Source: a virus (taxonomy: Duplodnaviria; Caudoviricetes). Taken from it: 38,490 bases of DNA. The stretch spans positions 1 through 38,490 of IMG/VR virus record IMGVR_UViG_3300017978_000280; one strand, written 5' to 3'. A program made the translations under genes and the position numbers. Numbering within the stretch: position 1 is the first letter of the stretch; each line of letters starts with the position of its first letter. This document shows, piece after piece, positions 1 to 9,079 of the stretch. The notes under the pieces were generated by a model, which saw only the letters and a list, made by a program, of their open reading frames with translations, had not been told where the DNA came from and ran no database searches.

Positions 1-55
1 CCGACTGAAATGCCGATGCAACCTGAAATGCCACCAGAAGGAATGATGTAATGGC
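1..55. repeat. 55-bp terminal overlap identical to 38436-38490 (circular contig)
   Basis: ccgactgaaa...gatgtaatggc occurs at both ends; portal TAA overlaps the ATG at 51 (TAATG) across the join. Confidence 0.95.
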
Positions 56-1541
56 ACTAGGCCCATTGTCCAGTGACGTAGTATTGACGCCTGAGCAGCG
101 CGCTGCCCGAAGGGCCGCGGCTAACACACCGCCTCCCGGAACGTCTATTGTCGGCCCAACCGCTGGCAAAAAACCACTTGCATTTGGGACTGGTAATACG
201 TTCAATGTTGGTGAGGGCCAAGAAGTTCGCCTTGTGGATGCGGGCGGTAATGTTATCTTCAGCGGTTCTGGCGCTGAAGGTGCGAAACAAGCGGTTGCCG
301 CAGCCCAGAGTCTTAGCGATGACTTGGGCAAAGACGCTGCCTTTACAATACAAACTGGCGAACGCACCATAAATCCTGATGGAAGCGTGGGCGGAACCCG
401 TTACATTGACGTTGCCCGCGCAGCCCCGTCGCAAAGCGGCCTTGGGTTTTTAGCGGATAGTGTGCTGCCGTTTGCCGCATCATTCATTCCAGTTATTGGG
501 CCAGTGGCTGGCGCGGCTCTCGGCTCCGCCGCCTCAAGCGCAGCGCAGGGTCGTGGCCTTGAAGATGCTTTGAAGCGCGCCGCTATCGCTGCTGGCACGA
601 CATATCTTGGGGGTAAAGCGTTTGGCCCGTCCAGCCCCTCAACGACCGCGCCAATGACTGGCGTCAACGCAGACTTAATACCAAATGCGCTCCAAGGTTT
701 AAACTTTGGCCCCCTCGCAAGCGCAGCAATTCCGGCTGGCGTCGGTGGCGCGGCGGGCGATATCATCGTAAATGCAACGAGAGCAATCGCGCCTAACCTT
801 GCTGGCTCAGCAGTTGGCGGTGTGCTTGGCTCAGCGGTTGCATCGCAAGTAGGCGCGCCAAACCAACGCAACGTGGTTGACGGCATTGACCAAGAAACTG
901 GCGAAATTGTTGTATCGACTAGACCAGACCCTATAGCAGTCACGCAAAATCCCGGTCTGGGGTCAGCTCTCGCCGGTCTACCTGCGCTCACTGAACTAGC
1001 TATGGACCCAACGCTAACACCGCCACAGCCTGAAGATATTGTCGTGAGCGGTAACCGCCCTGTACCAAAAACTGTCGTTCCCGATGAACTCGCGGCGGCT
1101 GGGTCTGTGCTTGCTGGTCTCGGCTTATCGCAAGTACCAACACCCGACAAAGCACTGACGGGGACATCGTCTATTCTTAAGAGCGATGACGTTCTCGGTA
1201 CTGGCCTGAACCTATCTCAACTTATTTCCATTGGCGGTATCGGAACCAATCTTCTAGGCAGCCTTTTAGCTGGCGGCGATGGTACTGGAACAGGAACAGG
1301 AGTGCCGTATGTTTCCCCGTTCGGTGCAGGCGCGGGCGTAGGTATAGGCGCAGGCCGAGATATGCGCGCCAATCCAAACATAACGGACTATGAGCGGTAT
1401 GGTTTTGGTCCGGAAGCTATGTTCTTCCAGCCGGGATACGGCCTCCTTAACTCTGCGGCTCCGGCTCCTGCTCCCGCCCCAGCTTTACCCCAAGCACCGC
1501 CCGCGATGGTAACTAACCCTAGATACGAGCCGTTGATTTAA
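51..1541 (+). CDS. Ala/Gly/Pro-rich putative internal virion (ejection/pilot-like) protein with three TonB-box-like motifs
   Basis: 496-aa ORF coupled to the portal; Gly-zipper hydrophobic segment (VIGPVAGAALGSAAS); DIIVNA, EIVVST, DIVVSG motifs; C-terminal DYERYGFGPEAMFF. Confidence 0.6.
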   Translation: MALGPLSSDVVLTPEQRAARRAAANTPPPGTSIVGPTAGKKPLAFGTGNTFNVGEGQEVRLVDAGGNVIFSGSGAEGAKQAVAAAQSLSDDLGKDAAFTIQTGERTINPDGSVGGTRYIDVARAAPSQSGLGFLADSVLPFAASFIPVIGPVAGAALGSAASSAAQGRGLEDALKRAAIAAGTTYLGGKAFGPSSPSTTAPMTGVNADLIPNALQGLNFGPLASAAIPAGVGGAAGDIIVNATRAIAPNLAGSAVGGVLGSAVASQVGAPNQRNVVDGIDQETGEIVVSTRPDPIAVTQNPGLGSALAGLPALTELAMDPTLTPPQPEDIVVSGNRPVPKTVVPDELAAAGSVLAGLGLSQVPTPDKALTGTSSILKSDDVLGTGLNLSQLISIGGIGTNLLGSLLAGGDGTGTGTGVPYVSPFGAGAGVGIGAGRDMRANPNITDYERYGFGPEAMFFQPGYGLLNSAAPAPAPAPALPQAPPAMVTNPRYEPLI

Positions 1542-1771
1542 TGGACCCAATGACAAAAGCTAACCACGCAAAGCGCCTTCTTGAGGATGAAATTCTCAAG
1601 GAGGCATTCGACGCAGTGGAACGAGATATTTTTGAAGAGTGGCGCAGGTCGGCTCATACTGACTATGGCGGACGCTCTGACATGTTTCACACGCTCAAAG
1701 GACTTGAGCGGTTGAAAGCCCGCCTACAGGCAATCCTTGACGACGGCTTAGTCGCCAAATCAAGGAGTTAA
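1541..1771 (+). CDS. small conserved head-module protein between portal and scaffold
   Basis: 76-aa helical ORF, TAATG overlap, position typical of P22/SU10-like head modules. Confidence 0.7.
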   Translation: MDPMTKANHAKRLLEDEILKEAFDAVERDIFEEWRRSAHTDYGGRSDMFHTLKGLERLKARLQAILDDGLVAKSRS

Positions 1772-1793
1772 CATTTAATAAAGAAGGTGCTAT

Positions 1794-2804
1794 ATGACGG
1801 AACAAGTCGGCAACCCCAGTGGTGGGATCGGCCTCCACGAAGCAACACTAGCCATCGACCAACTGCTTGGCCCTGATGAGGACACCCAAGACGAGGCCGA
1901 GGCGCAAGAGCCTGAAGAGGCTCAAGGCTATGAGGAAGAAACTGACGCCGAGAATTACTCGGAAGAAGATGAAGCCGAAGAGTCTGACCCGGATGAAGAG
2001 TACAACACAGAAGAGGTTATCGAACAGGAACTTCCTGACGATCTAACCATCAAGGTTAAACTTGACGGTGAAGAAACGGAAGTCACCCTTGACGAACTTC
2101 GGAAAGGTTATTCTCGTTATTCGGATTACACACGGAAAACTCAGGCATTAGCCGAAGAACGCAAGTCGTTCCATAGCGAAGCCGAAGCGATCCGTATGGA
2201 ACGCGCTCAATACGCGGAACTGCTCCCCGTGCTTAAAGCACAACTTGAGGTGCAGTCCGAGGCTGAGCCTGATTGGGACAATCTTTATAATGAAGACCCC
2301 ATTGAGGCGGCGCGGTTAGAACGGCATTGGAATAAGTCTCGTCAGGAACGAGTCGCTAAACTTCAGGCGATTAATACTGAACAGCAGCGAATTGCTGAAG
2401 AGATGGCCAAAGAGCAACAGCGGGCGTTGGCTGACATTGTACAGTCAGAGCGCGCCAAACTCACGGAAGTCATTCCTGAATGGAAAGACGAAGGCACAAT
2501 GCAAAGCGAAGCTAAGGAACTTCGTGAATGGGCTTTGAATAACGGGTTTAGCGAACGCGACCTGAGTGCACTTGTTCAAGCCAGTCACGTCTCAATCCTG
2601 CGCAAAGCGATGATGTTTGACAAGGGTTCGAAGAAAGTGGAAAAAGCGAAAGCACAGCCAAAGAAGGTTGCGCGGATCGTCCGTCCCGGTTCTTCAGGTA
2701 CTCAAGTCAACACACGTTCTTCCGATGTAAAGAAAGCGTCCCAGCGCCTTGCGCGTACAGGCCGTGTCGCAGACGCAGCGGCCCTGTTGGATAAACTCAT
2801 TTAA
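1794..2804 (+). CDS. capsid scaffolding protein
   Basis: Acidic N-terminus, KVKLDGEETEVTLDELRKGYSRYSDYTRKTQ motif, coiled coil, directly upstream of the capsid gene. Confidence 0.85.
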   Translation: MTEQVGNPSGGIGLHEATLAIDQLLGPDEDTQDEAEAQEPEEAQGYEEETDAENYSEEDEAEESDPDEEYNTEEVIEQELPDDLTIKVKLDGEETEVTLDELRKGYSRYSDYTRKTQALAEERKSFHSEAEAIRMERAQYAELLPVLKAQLEVQSEAEPDWDNLYNEDPIEAARLERHWNKSRQERVAKLQAINTEQQRIAEEMAKEQQRALADIVQSERAKLTEVIPEWKDEGTMQSEAKELREWALNNGFSERDLSALVQASHVSILRKAMMFDKGSKKVEKAKAQPKKVARIVRPGSSGTQVNTRSSDVKKASQRLARTGRVADAAALLDKLI

Positions 2805-2819
2805 CAAGGATGTGAACTA

Positions 2820-3782
2820 ATGGCTATTGTAGCAAATACTTTTACCCGGTACTCAGCTATCGGTATTCGTGAAGACCTGTCGAACGTTATCTATAACATC
2901 TCGCCAGAAGAAACTCCGTTCATTTCGAACATTGGCCGCGAGAGCGTCAAGAACACCTACTTCGAATGGCAGACCGACGCTTTGGCTGCGGCCTCGGCTT
3001 CTAACGCCGCACTCGAAGGTGACGACATTTCTTCGTTCACTGCTGTTACGCCAACCTCACGCGTTGGTAACTACACGCAAATCAGCACGAAGAACGTCGT
3101 AATCTCCGGTACGCTTGAAGCAGTCGATAAGGCTGGTCGTCGTAACGAAATGACCTACCAGCTTGCAAAGCTGGGTTCGGAACTGAAGCGCGACATGGAA
3201 AGCGCATTGCTTGCCAACCAAGCTTCGGTTGCTGGTAACACCACCACTGCACGTCGTACTGCTGGTCTGCCTGCTTGGTTGACCTCGAACACCTCGTTCG
3301 GTTCAGGCGGTGCGAACCCAACTGTTGGCTCGACCCCAACTGCTGCTCGTACCGATGGTACGCAGCGTGCGTTCACAGAAACACTTCTGAAGAACGTAAT
3401 CCAGCAGGTCTGGACTTCGGGTGGTACACCTAAGATGCTGATGACCGGTCCTTTCAACAAGGTCGCCGCTTCTGCATTCACCGGTATCGCAACTCGTTTC
3501 CGTGACGTTCCTGCTGGCCAGCAGGCACAGATCATCGGCGCAGCCGACGTTTATGTGTCCGACTTCGGTACGGTTAGCATTGTTCCTAACCGCTTCCAGC
3601 GTGACCGCGATGCGTTCATCGTCGATCCTGACTACGCATCGTTGGCAGTTCTTCGTCCAATCCAGAAAATGGACTTGGCGAAAACCGGTGACGCCGAGAA
3701 GGCTCTGCTCCTCGTCGAGTATGGCTTGAAGGTAAACAACCAAGCTGCGCACGGTATCGTAGCCGACTTGACCACTTCGTAA
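2820..3782 (+). CDS. major capsid protein (DUF5309/SU10-like family)
   Basis: REDLSNVIYNISPEETPF, EWQTD, NYTQI, ELKRDME motifs; AAGGA SD; follows scaffold. Confidence 0.9.
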   Translation: MAIVANTFTRYSAIGIREDLSNVIYNISPEETPFISNIGRESVKNTYFEWQTDALAAASASNAALEGDDISSFTAVTPTSRVGNYTQISTKNVVISGTLEAVDKAGRRNEMTYQLAKLGSELKRDMESALLANQASVAGNTTTARRTAGLPAWLTSNTSFGSGGANPTVGSTPTAARTDGTQRAFTETLLKNVIQQVWTSGGTPKMLMTGPFNKVAASAFTGIATRFRDVPAGQQAQIIGAADVYVSDFGTVSIVPNRFQRDRDAFIVDPDYASLAVLRPIQKMDLAKTGDAEKALLLVEYGLKVNNQAAHGIVADLTTS

Positions 3783-3797
3783 GAAGGTCTATTTGGG

Positions 3798-3820
3798 TGA
3801 GGGGGCATAACGCCCCCTCA
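3798..3820 (+). terminator. stem-loop after the capsid gene (leaky terminator or mRNA-stabilising hairpin)
   Basis: tgagggggc-ataac-gccccctca, 9-bp stem, weak U tract. Confidence 0.6.
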
Positions 3821-3839
3821 TCTAACTATTGAGGGTTTT

Positions 3840-4145
3840 ATGACTAAACGCCTTATCAACGACGATGCTTTCACAGGTGTCAAAACTTTTTACGATTACG
3901 ATGCCGAGAAGGACGAAGCGATCATCTCGAAAGAGCAGGACGTTTCGGCAATCATCGAGCAGAACAAGCGCGAGTTCAACGCCGCGCCGGAACGCTGGGG
4001 TGAATGGACAAAGGTTGGCAGCATCCCGATTTCTGTGTATTATGAACTTGAGCGCCAAGGTATTACACAAGACCAAGAGGCGATGAAGAAGTGGTTGAAC
4101 GATCCTGACAATCGTTACTTCCGCACAAGGCCGGGGACTGTCTAA
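3840..4145 (+). CDS. conserved hypothetical phage protein
   Basis: 101-aa ORF with GAGG SD; KKWLNDPDNRYFRT C-terminus typical of this position. Confidence 0.75.
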   Translation: MTKRLINDDAFTGVKTFYDYDAEKDEAIISKEQDVSAIIEQNKREFNAAPERWGEWTKVGSIPISVYYELERQGITQDQEAMKKWLNDPDNRYFRTRPGTV

Positions 4146-4765
4146 TGGCGATTACGACGTATTCAGAGTTGAAGACCGCAGTCGCCGATTGGCTCAATCG
4201 GTCTGATTTGACGGCGGCTATACCCAACTTTATCTCGCTTGCTGAAGCGCAGATGACCCGCCAAATCCGTCACCGTAAGATGGTGACGCGGGCGACCGCA
4301 ACTATGGATACGCCGTACTTTGCTGTTCCTGCTGACTGGAAAGAAACGATCCGGTTCCAGTTGAACACAAACCCTATCACCCCGCTTGTATTCGTAACGC
4401 CAGAACAACTTCTCGAAGATAGCCAGATGTACAGCGCGGCGAACCAGCCGATGTTCTACACGACTATCGGCCAGCAGTTCGAAGTTCTCCCGCAGCCCGA
4501 TGGAAGCTACGACGCCGAACTTCTTTACTACGCCAAGCTACCCGCATTGTCCGACGCAGCGCCGACTAATTGGCTGCTTACTGAAAGTCCAGACATCTAC
4601 CTATACGGCGCGCTGATGCAGTCCGCGCCGTATCTCAAGGAAGATGAACGTACTGGTGTTTGGGCGTCTATGTACGAGAAGCTGGTAGAAGATATGCGTA
4701 TCGCTGATGAGCGTGCCCGTATTGGTTCGTCTAAACTTAAAGCACGGATAAGGACTTTCGGATGA
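4145..4765 (+). CDS. head-tail adaptor protein
   Basis: TTYSELKTAVADWLNRSDL...FISLAE and TNWLL...PDIYLYGAL motifs of podophage adaptor-like proteins. Confidence 0.75.
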   Translation: MAITTYSELKTAVADWLNRSDLTAAIPNFISLAEAQMTRQIRHRKMVTRATATMDTPYFAVPADWKETIRFQLNTNPITPLVFVTPEQLLEDSQMYSAANQPMFYTTIGQQFEVLPQPDGSYDAELLYYAKLPALSDAAPTNWLLTESPDIYLYGALMQSAPYLKEDERTGVWASMYEKLVEDMRIADERARIGSSKLKARIRTFG

Positions 4766-5142
4766 GTTTTTCTAATTATCTTGAGAACAAAGTTCTCGGT
4801 CATGTGTTTGGCGCAACGCCGTACACCGCGCCTTCTACTTTGTATGTCGGTCTTTTTACGTCTGATCCCGGCGAAGGCGGCGGCGGTACGGAAGTCTCCG
4901 GCGGCTCTTACGCTCGTCAGACGATTGCGTTCACAGTCACGGCCAATCAGGCGTCCAATACAGCGGCGGCTGAGTTCCCAACCGCGACTGCATCATGGGG
5001 CACAGTGACCTACGCTGCTGTCTTCGATGCGTCCACAAGCGGCAATATGCTTGCCTATGGTGCGTTGACCACGAGCAAGACGATTGCAAGCGGTGACGTT
5101 CTCCGTATTCCTGCGGGCGACTTCGACATCAATCTGGACTAA
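4762..5142 (+). CDS. small virion structural (tail/fibre-associated) protein
   Basis: SNYLENK...LYVGLFT...EVSGGSYARQ...WGTVT motif family; ATGA overlap. Confidence 0.65.
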   Translation: MSFSNYLENKVLGHVFGATPYTAPSTLYVGLFTSDPGEGGGGTEVSGGSYARQTIAFTVTANQASNTAAAEFPTATASWGTVTYAAVFDASTSGNMLAYGALTTSKTIASGDVLRIPAGDFDINLD

Positions 5143-5146
5143 GTAG

Positions 5147-5845
5147 ATGTCTGTCTACGGCAGCGGTATATACGGCAACGGGCCTTTTGCTGCTGCGAGT
5201 ATTCCTGCGGGGTACGGTAGTGGCCTATACGGCATTGGCAGCTACGGCGAAGACCCCATTGAGGTTTCGGTAGCTGCCAGCGCCGCGTCTAGTGCTGCCG
5301 TCTCCGCGCAACGTATCCTGCTTGCCACGGTCTCCGATACAGCAACATCCTCGACGACTGTAACCGCGCAGCAAATCAAGACCATTGCGGCTACGGCCAA
5401 CGCTGCGTCAAGTACGTCTGCATCAGCGCAACGTATTCAAAACGCCGCCGTGGCCTCTACCGCAACATCTAGCGCGGCGGTGGCGGCAACTCGTATCCAG
5501 CCCGCTTCTTGTGTTTCTAGCGCCGTCTCTAGCGTTTCTGTGTCGTTGCAGGGTGTGTTCCTTGTCAACGCCACCTCGAACGCTGTATCGTCGACAAGCG
5601 TGTCTGTGGTCCGCAAGACGCCGACATCTGTTACTTGCAACGCGCAATCTAGCGTCGTCATTGACGCCAAGAAGAAGTGGGAACCGGAGCCAATCACGCC
5701 TGAAACGTGGACGGCTGCGACCGATACATCCGAGACTTGGACACCCGTCGAAGTAATTGCAGAAACTTGGACACCACAATCAATAACAAGCGAGACATGG
5801 ACGCCAATTTCTGTTACAGAAGAAATATGGCAGCAAGCTGCGTGA
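5147..5845 (+). CDS. Ala/Ser/Thr-rich repetitive virion protein
   Basis: N-terminal YGSGxYG repeats, central AQRI repeats, C-terminal 10-aa ETWT repeats. Confidence 0.6.
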   Translation: MSVYGSGIYGNGPFAAASIPAGYGSGLYGIGSYGEDPIEVSVAASAASSAAVSAQRILLATVSDTATSSTTVTAQQIKTIAATANAASSTSASAQRIQNAAVASTATSSAAVAATRIQPASCVSSAVSSVSVSLQGVFLVNATSNAVSSTSVSVVRKTPTSVTCNAQSSVVIDAKKKWEPEPITPETWTAATDTSETWTPVEVIAETWTPQSITSETWTPISVTEEIWQQAA

Positions 5846-5853
5846 GGATTTAA

Positions 5854-6531
5854 ATGGCTGATACAACCACAACAAACCTTGGATTGACTAAACCTGAAGT
5901 TGGCGCATCCGCCGATACTTGGGGGACAAAACTCAATACCGATCTGGACACTCTCGATGCGCTCTTTGCTGCTAATGGCACAGGAACGTCTGTCGGCGTA
6001 AACATTGGCGCGGGCAAAGTGCTGACTGTTGCAGGCAGCGTATCTGCCAACGGCGCGACACTTAGCCCAACGGAACTTGGCTACCTTGATGGTGTGACTT
6101 CGGCGATCCAGACGCAGCTTAACGCCAAAGCAGCCTCCGGCGCTAATACTGATATTACCGCACTCGACCAAGATGTCACCATTACGGCTACTGGAACTAT
6201 CGCTGCGGATAGCATCGGCTTTCGCGGTCTACCTCAGAACAGCCAGACCGGCGCTTACACGCTGGCGTTGTCTGACGCAGGCAAGCACATCTCGATCACG
6301 ACCGGCGGAGTAGTCATTCCAGCAAACGGATCGGTGGCATTCCCAGTCGGCTCAACGATGGTGATATTTAACAACAGCGGCAGCAACCAGACGATCAGCA
6401 TCACGACTGACACACTGCGCCAAGCTGGAACGGCCAACACAGGCTCACGCACACTGGCCCAATACGGTCTAGTAACGTGCGTCAAAGTCGCCTCTACTAC
6501 ATGGGTAATCTCCGGCGCGGGATTAAGCTAA
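5854..6531 (+). CDS. tail fibre protein
   Basis: [28 protein letters not shown] attachment segment, [16 protein letters not shown] motif, C-terminal [10 protein letters not shown]...WVISG domain. Confidence 0.75.
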   Translation: MADTTTTNLGLTKPEVGASADTWGTKLNTDLDTLDALFAANGTGTSVGVNIGAGKVLTVAGSVSANGATLSPTELGYLDGVTSAIQTQLNAKAASGANTDITALDQDVTITATGTIAADSIGFRGLPQNSQTGAYTLALSDAGKHISITTGGVVIPANGSVAFPVGSTMVIFNNSGSNQTISITTDTLRQAGTANTGSRTLAQYGLVTCVKVASTTWVISGAGLS

Positions 6532-7373
6532 TGACCGGCATTATGTGTGCCTTGGCGGGGATGGGCGGTAAAGATACAAGCCCTTACTCTGCCTCCTATT
6601 TGGTCATCGCTGGCGGCGGCGGTGGTGGCGGGATAGGCGGCGGTGGTGGTGCGGGTGGTTATCGTTCCGGTTCGTCAACTCTAGCCGTCGGCACTTCATA
6701 CACCGTTACGGTTGGTGGTGGGGGAACCAGTAGTTCCAGCAGTGGTGTTAACGGCGGGAACGGCGGCGACAGCACATTTAACAGTATAACATCGACCGGC
6801 GGCGGTGGCGGCGGAGCGGATAGTAACGGTGGTAATTCTGGCGGCTCCGGCGGTGGTAGCGGTTGGTCGAGCGGTGCTCCGGGCGGCGGAGGAACTTCGG
6901 GTCAAGGAAACGCTGGGGGTAGCGGTGCTTCTGCGTCTTCACCTAATTTTCAGACTGCTGCTGGCGGTGGCGGTGGCGCTAGTGCCGCTGGTGGAGGGGC
7001 CTATGCGGACGGGGATTTTGCATTCGGAGGTCCGGGTGGCGCTGGTACTGCATCATCCATAACTGGCACTTCAGTTACACGCGCTGGAGGCGGTGGCGGT
7101 GCTTTTGGTGGAACAGGCTCATTCAGCGCTGGTGGGGGAGCAGGTGGTGGCGGAGCAAGTAATGGTAACAACGTTGCCGCTGTTGCGGGTACAACCAATA
7201 CCGGGAGTGGGGGTGGCGGGGGTCAGCCGTCTGGCACAGGTGGTTCTGGCGTAGTCATTATTTCCGTGCCAACGGCCCGCTACAGCGGCATAACCACAGG
7301 TTCGCCAACGGTTACGACTAGCGGCGCAAACACCATTCTCCAATTCAACTCATCTGGAAGTTACACAGCATGA
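6531..7373 (+). CDS. glycine-rich tail-associated protein
   Basis: YLVIAGGGGGG...GGSGVVII Gly-rich domain; start chosen at TAATG overlap (6531). Confidence 0.7.
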   Translation: MTGIMCALAGMGGKDTSPYSASYLVIAGGGGGGGIGGGGGAGGYRSGSSTLAVGTSYTVTVGGGGTSSSSSGVNGGNGGDSTFNSITSTGGGGGGADSNGGNSGGSGGGSGWSSGAPGGGGTSGQGNAGGSGASASSPNFQTAAGGGGGASAAGGGAYADGDFAFGGPGGAGTASSITGTSVTRAGGGGGAFGGTGSFSAGGGAGGGGASNGNNVAAVAGTTNTGSGGGGGQPSGTGGSGVVIISVPTARYSGITTGSPTVTTSGANTILQFNSSGSYTA

Positions 7374-7717
7374 GCCATTTTGCAAAAGTCATCGACGGCA
7401 TCGTCGCAGAAGTTCTGGTTATCGAACAGGATGTCATCGACACCGGAATGTTCGGCGATCCATCGCTATTCGTGCAGACATCCTACAACACATACGGCGG
7501 TCAACATCCAGAGGGCCGACCGCTACGTAAGAACTACGCGGGCATTGGCTTTACCTACGATGCGGAACGTGACGCATTTATCCCACCACAGCCATTCGCG
7601 TCGTGGACACTTAACGAAGACACTTGTCTCTGGGATGCCCCGACAGCCCACCCAGATGACGGCAAGCCCTATTATTGGGATGAAGCCACATTGGCTTGGG
7701 TAGAGGTGACAGTATAA
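7370..7717 (+). CDS. conserved hypothetical protein accompanying the Gly-rich protein
   Basis: MSHFAK...QTSYN...LRKNYAGIGFTYD...DAFIPPQPF.SW motif; ATGA overlap. Confidence 0.75.
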   Translation: MSHFAKVIDGIVAEVLVIEQDVIDTGMFGDPSLFVQTSYNTYGGQHPEGRPLRKNYAGIGFTYDAERDAFIPPQPFASWTLNEDTCLWDAPTAHPDDGKPYYWDEATLAWVEVTV

Positions 7718-7935
7718 TGGATATGTCGTTTGGCATTGATACGCTTCTCACCGTCGTTGCGGGCATCTTCGCCATCATTGGCGTGTGGACGCAACTCAGC
7801 AATCGTCTTGCAATTCTTGAGACGAAGCTAGAGTTCGGCGACGAGAAATTCAACAGCATCGACAAGAAGTTTGACGAGGTCATGATGCACCTGCGCCGAA
7901 TTGAAGACAAGCTGGACAACAAGGCAGATCGGTAA
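7717..7935 (+). CDS. single-TM + coiled-coil membrane protein, possible holin/antiholin
   Basis: N-terminal hydrophobic helix, charged coiled-coil tail, TAATG-coupled to the endolysin. Confidence 0.5.
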   Translation: MDMSFGIDTLLTVVAGIFAIIGVWTQLSNRLAILETKLEFGDEKFNSIDKKFDEVMMHLRRIEDKLDNKADR

Positions 7936-8327
7936 TGGCGTTTAAGCTAGGCCCACGTTCCCTGTTAAACCTTCGGGGTGTGCATCCCGATTTGGTGCGC
8001 GTTGTTAAACGCGCCATCAGCATCTCCGATATTGATTTCACTGTTATCGAGGGGCTGCGGACCCCCGCACGGCAGAAAGAACTGTTCGCCAAAGGCGCGA
8101 CCAAGACTATGCGTTCGCGCCACATTCATGGCTTTGCGGTTGACATTGCGCCGTATGTAGCAGGTAGCATTCGTTGGGATTGGCCGTTGTTTGATAAGAT
8201 TGAAACAGCCATGAAGAAGGCTGCGCATCTTGAGAATGTGTCGATTACTTGGGGCGGGGACTGGAAGTCGTTTAAGGACGGCCCACATTGGGAACTTCCG
8301 CACGCTAAATACCCAGACCCAAAATGA
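7935..8327 (+). CDS. endolysin, peptidase M15 family (L-Ala-D-Glu peptidase-like)
   Basis: EGLRT..RQ, SRHIHGFAVD (SxHxxGxAxD), WGGDW and DGPHWE zinc-binding motifs. Confidence 0.9.
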   Translation: MAFKLGPRSLLNLRGVHPDLVRVVKRAISISDIDFTVIEGLRTPARQKELFAKGATKTMRSRHIHGFAVDIAPYVAGSIRWDWPLFDKIETAMKKAAHLENVSITWGGDWKSFKDGPHWELPHAKYPDPK

Positions 8328-8545
8328 CGATTAAAGAACTTGAGACCGCGCTGCTTGAGCGTGTCCGGGTTTGGTGGCGTCCGGTCACATGTGTCGGTAT
8401 TGCTTGCGGTGTTATTGTAAATGCGGTAGCCTTGCCCATTGTTAACAGCCAGCCAATCTCCCTTACGGACTTGGCGGCTACGATTGCATCTTGTGCGACT
8501 ATATTTGCGGTGAGAGAATGGGGAAAAATAAATGGTGCGGATTGA
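8324..8545 (+). CDS. holin-like membrane protein
   Basis: WRP motif, two hydrophobic segments, between endolysin and spanins. Confidence 0.6.
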   Translation: MTIKELETALLERVRVWWRPVTCVGIACGVIVNAVALPIVNSQPISLTDLAATIASCATIFAVREWGKINGAD

Positions 8546-8891
8546 TCCGATCATGGGTTATGTGGCGGCAGGCGCTCTTGCTATTGGCCTTACCGCCGGG
8601 TGGAAGGTCAAAGACTGGCAGTGCGATGCCGCGTATTCTGCGGTTCTGGAAAAAGCTGCGAAGCAGCGCCAGCAAATGCAAGGAAAAATAGATGAGGTTT
8701 CAACGCTCTACCAATCCGAACGAGATAAAGCCGATGTCGTGGTCGCCGGAGAAAAGCAAACCATCCGCGAGATATACAAGACTTTGCCTGCTGTTCCTGC
8801 TGATTGTGCTGCTGATGTTCGCATTGTTGGGCTGCTCGAAAGCGGCGTCAATCGCGCCAATGCCGCAGCCGCCAGCGAACCTAGCGAGTAA
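8532..8891 (+). CDS. Rz: i-spanin
   Basis: N-terminal TM helix, periplasmic coiled coil, C-terminal Cys; in the lysis cassette. Confidence 0.7.
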   Translation: MVRIDPIMGYVAAGALAIGLTAGWKVKDWQCDAAYSAVLEKAAKQRQQMQGKIDEVSTLYQSERDKADVVVAGEKQTIREIYKTLPAVPADCAADVRIVGLLESGVNRANAAAASEPSE

Positions 8892-9045
8892 CTGCCCGCC
8901 GCTTCCCTCGCCACCAGCTACGCTTATTGATCCTGAGCGCGCTATATGGGAAGTCGATATATTAGCTAAATACGGTGACTGTGCATTGCGTCACCGCCGA
9001 ACAATAGAAGCATGGGAAGAGGCTGTAAAAATCCCCAAGAAGTGA
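8734..9045 (+). CDS. Rz1: o-spanin lipoprotein overlapping Rz (+1 frame); start uncertain
   Basis: Hydrophobic signal, lipobox LLG-C, Pro-rich mature region PMPQPPANLASNCPPLP. Confidence 0.7.
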   Translation: MSWSPEKSKPSARYTRLCLLFLLIVLLMFALLGCSKAASIAPMPQPPANLASNCPPLPSPPATLIDPERAIWEVDILAKYGDCALRHRRTIEAWEEAVKIPKK

Positions 9046-9079
9046 TATAAGACCTAAGACTTTAGGTACGGATAAAAAC

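Noticed and set aside
1-55. Biological direct terminal repeat
   Set aside because: It falls inside the portal gene end and its 55-nt length matches a common assembler k-mer; most likely an assembly overlap.
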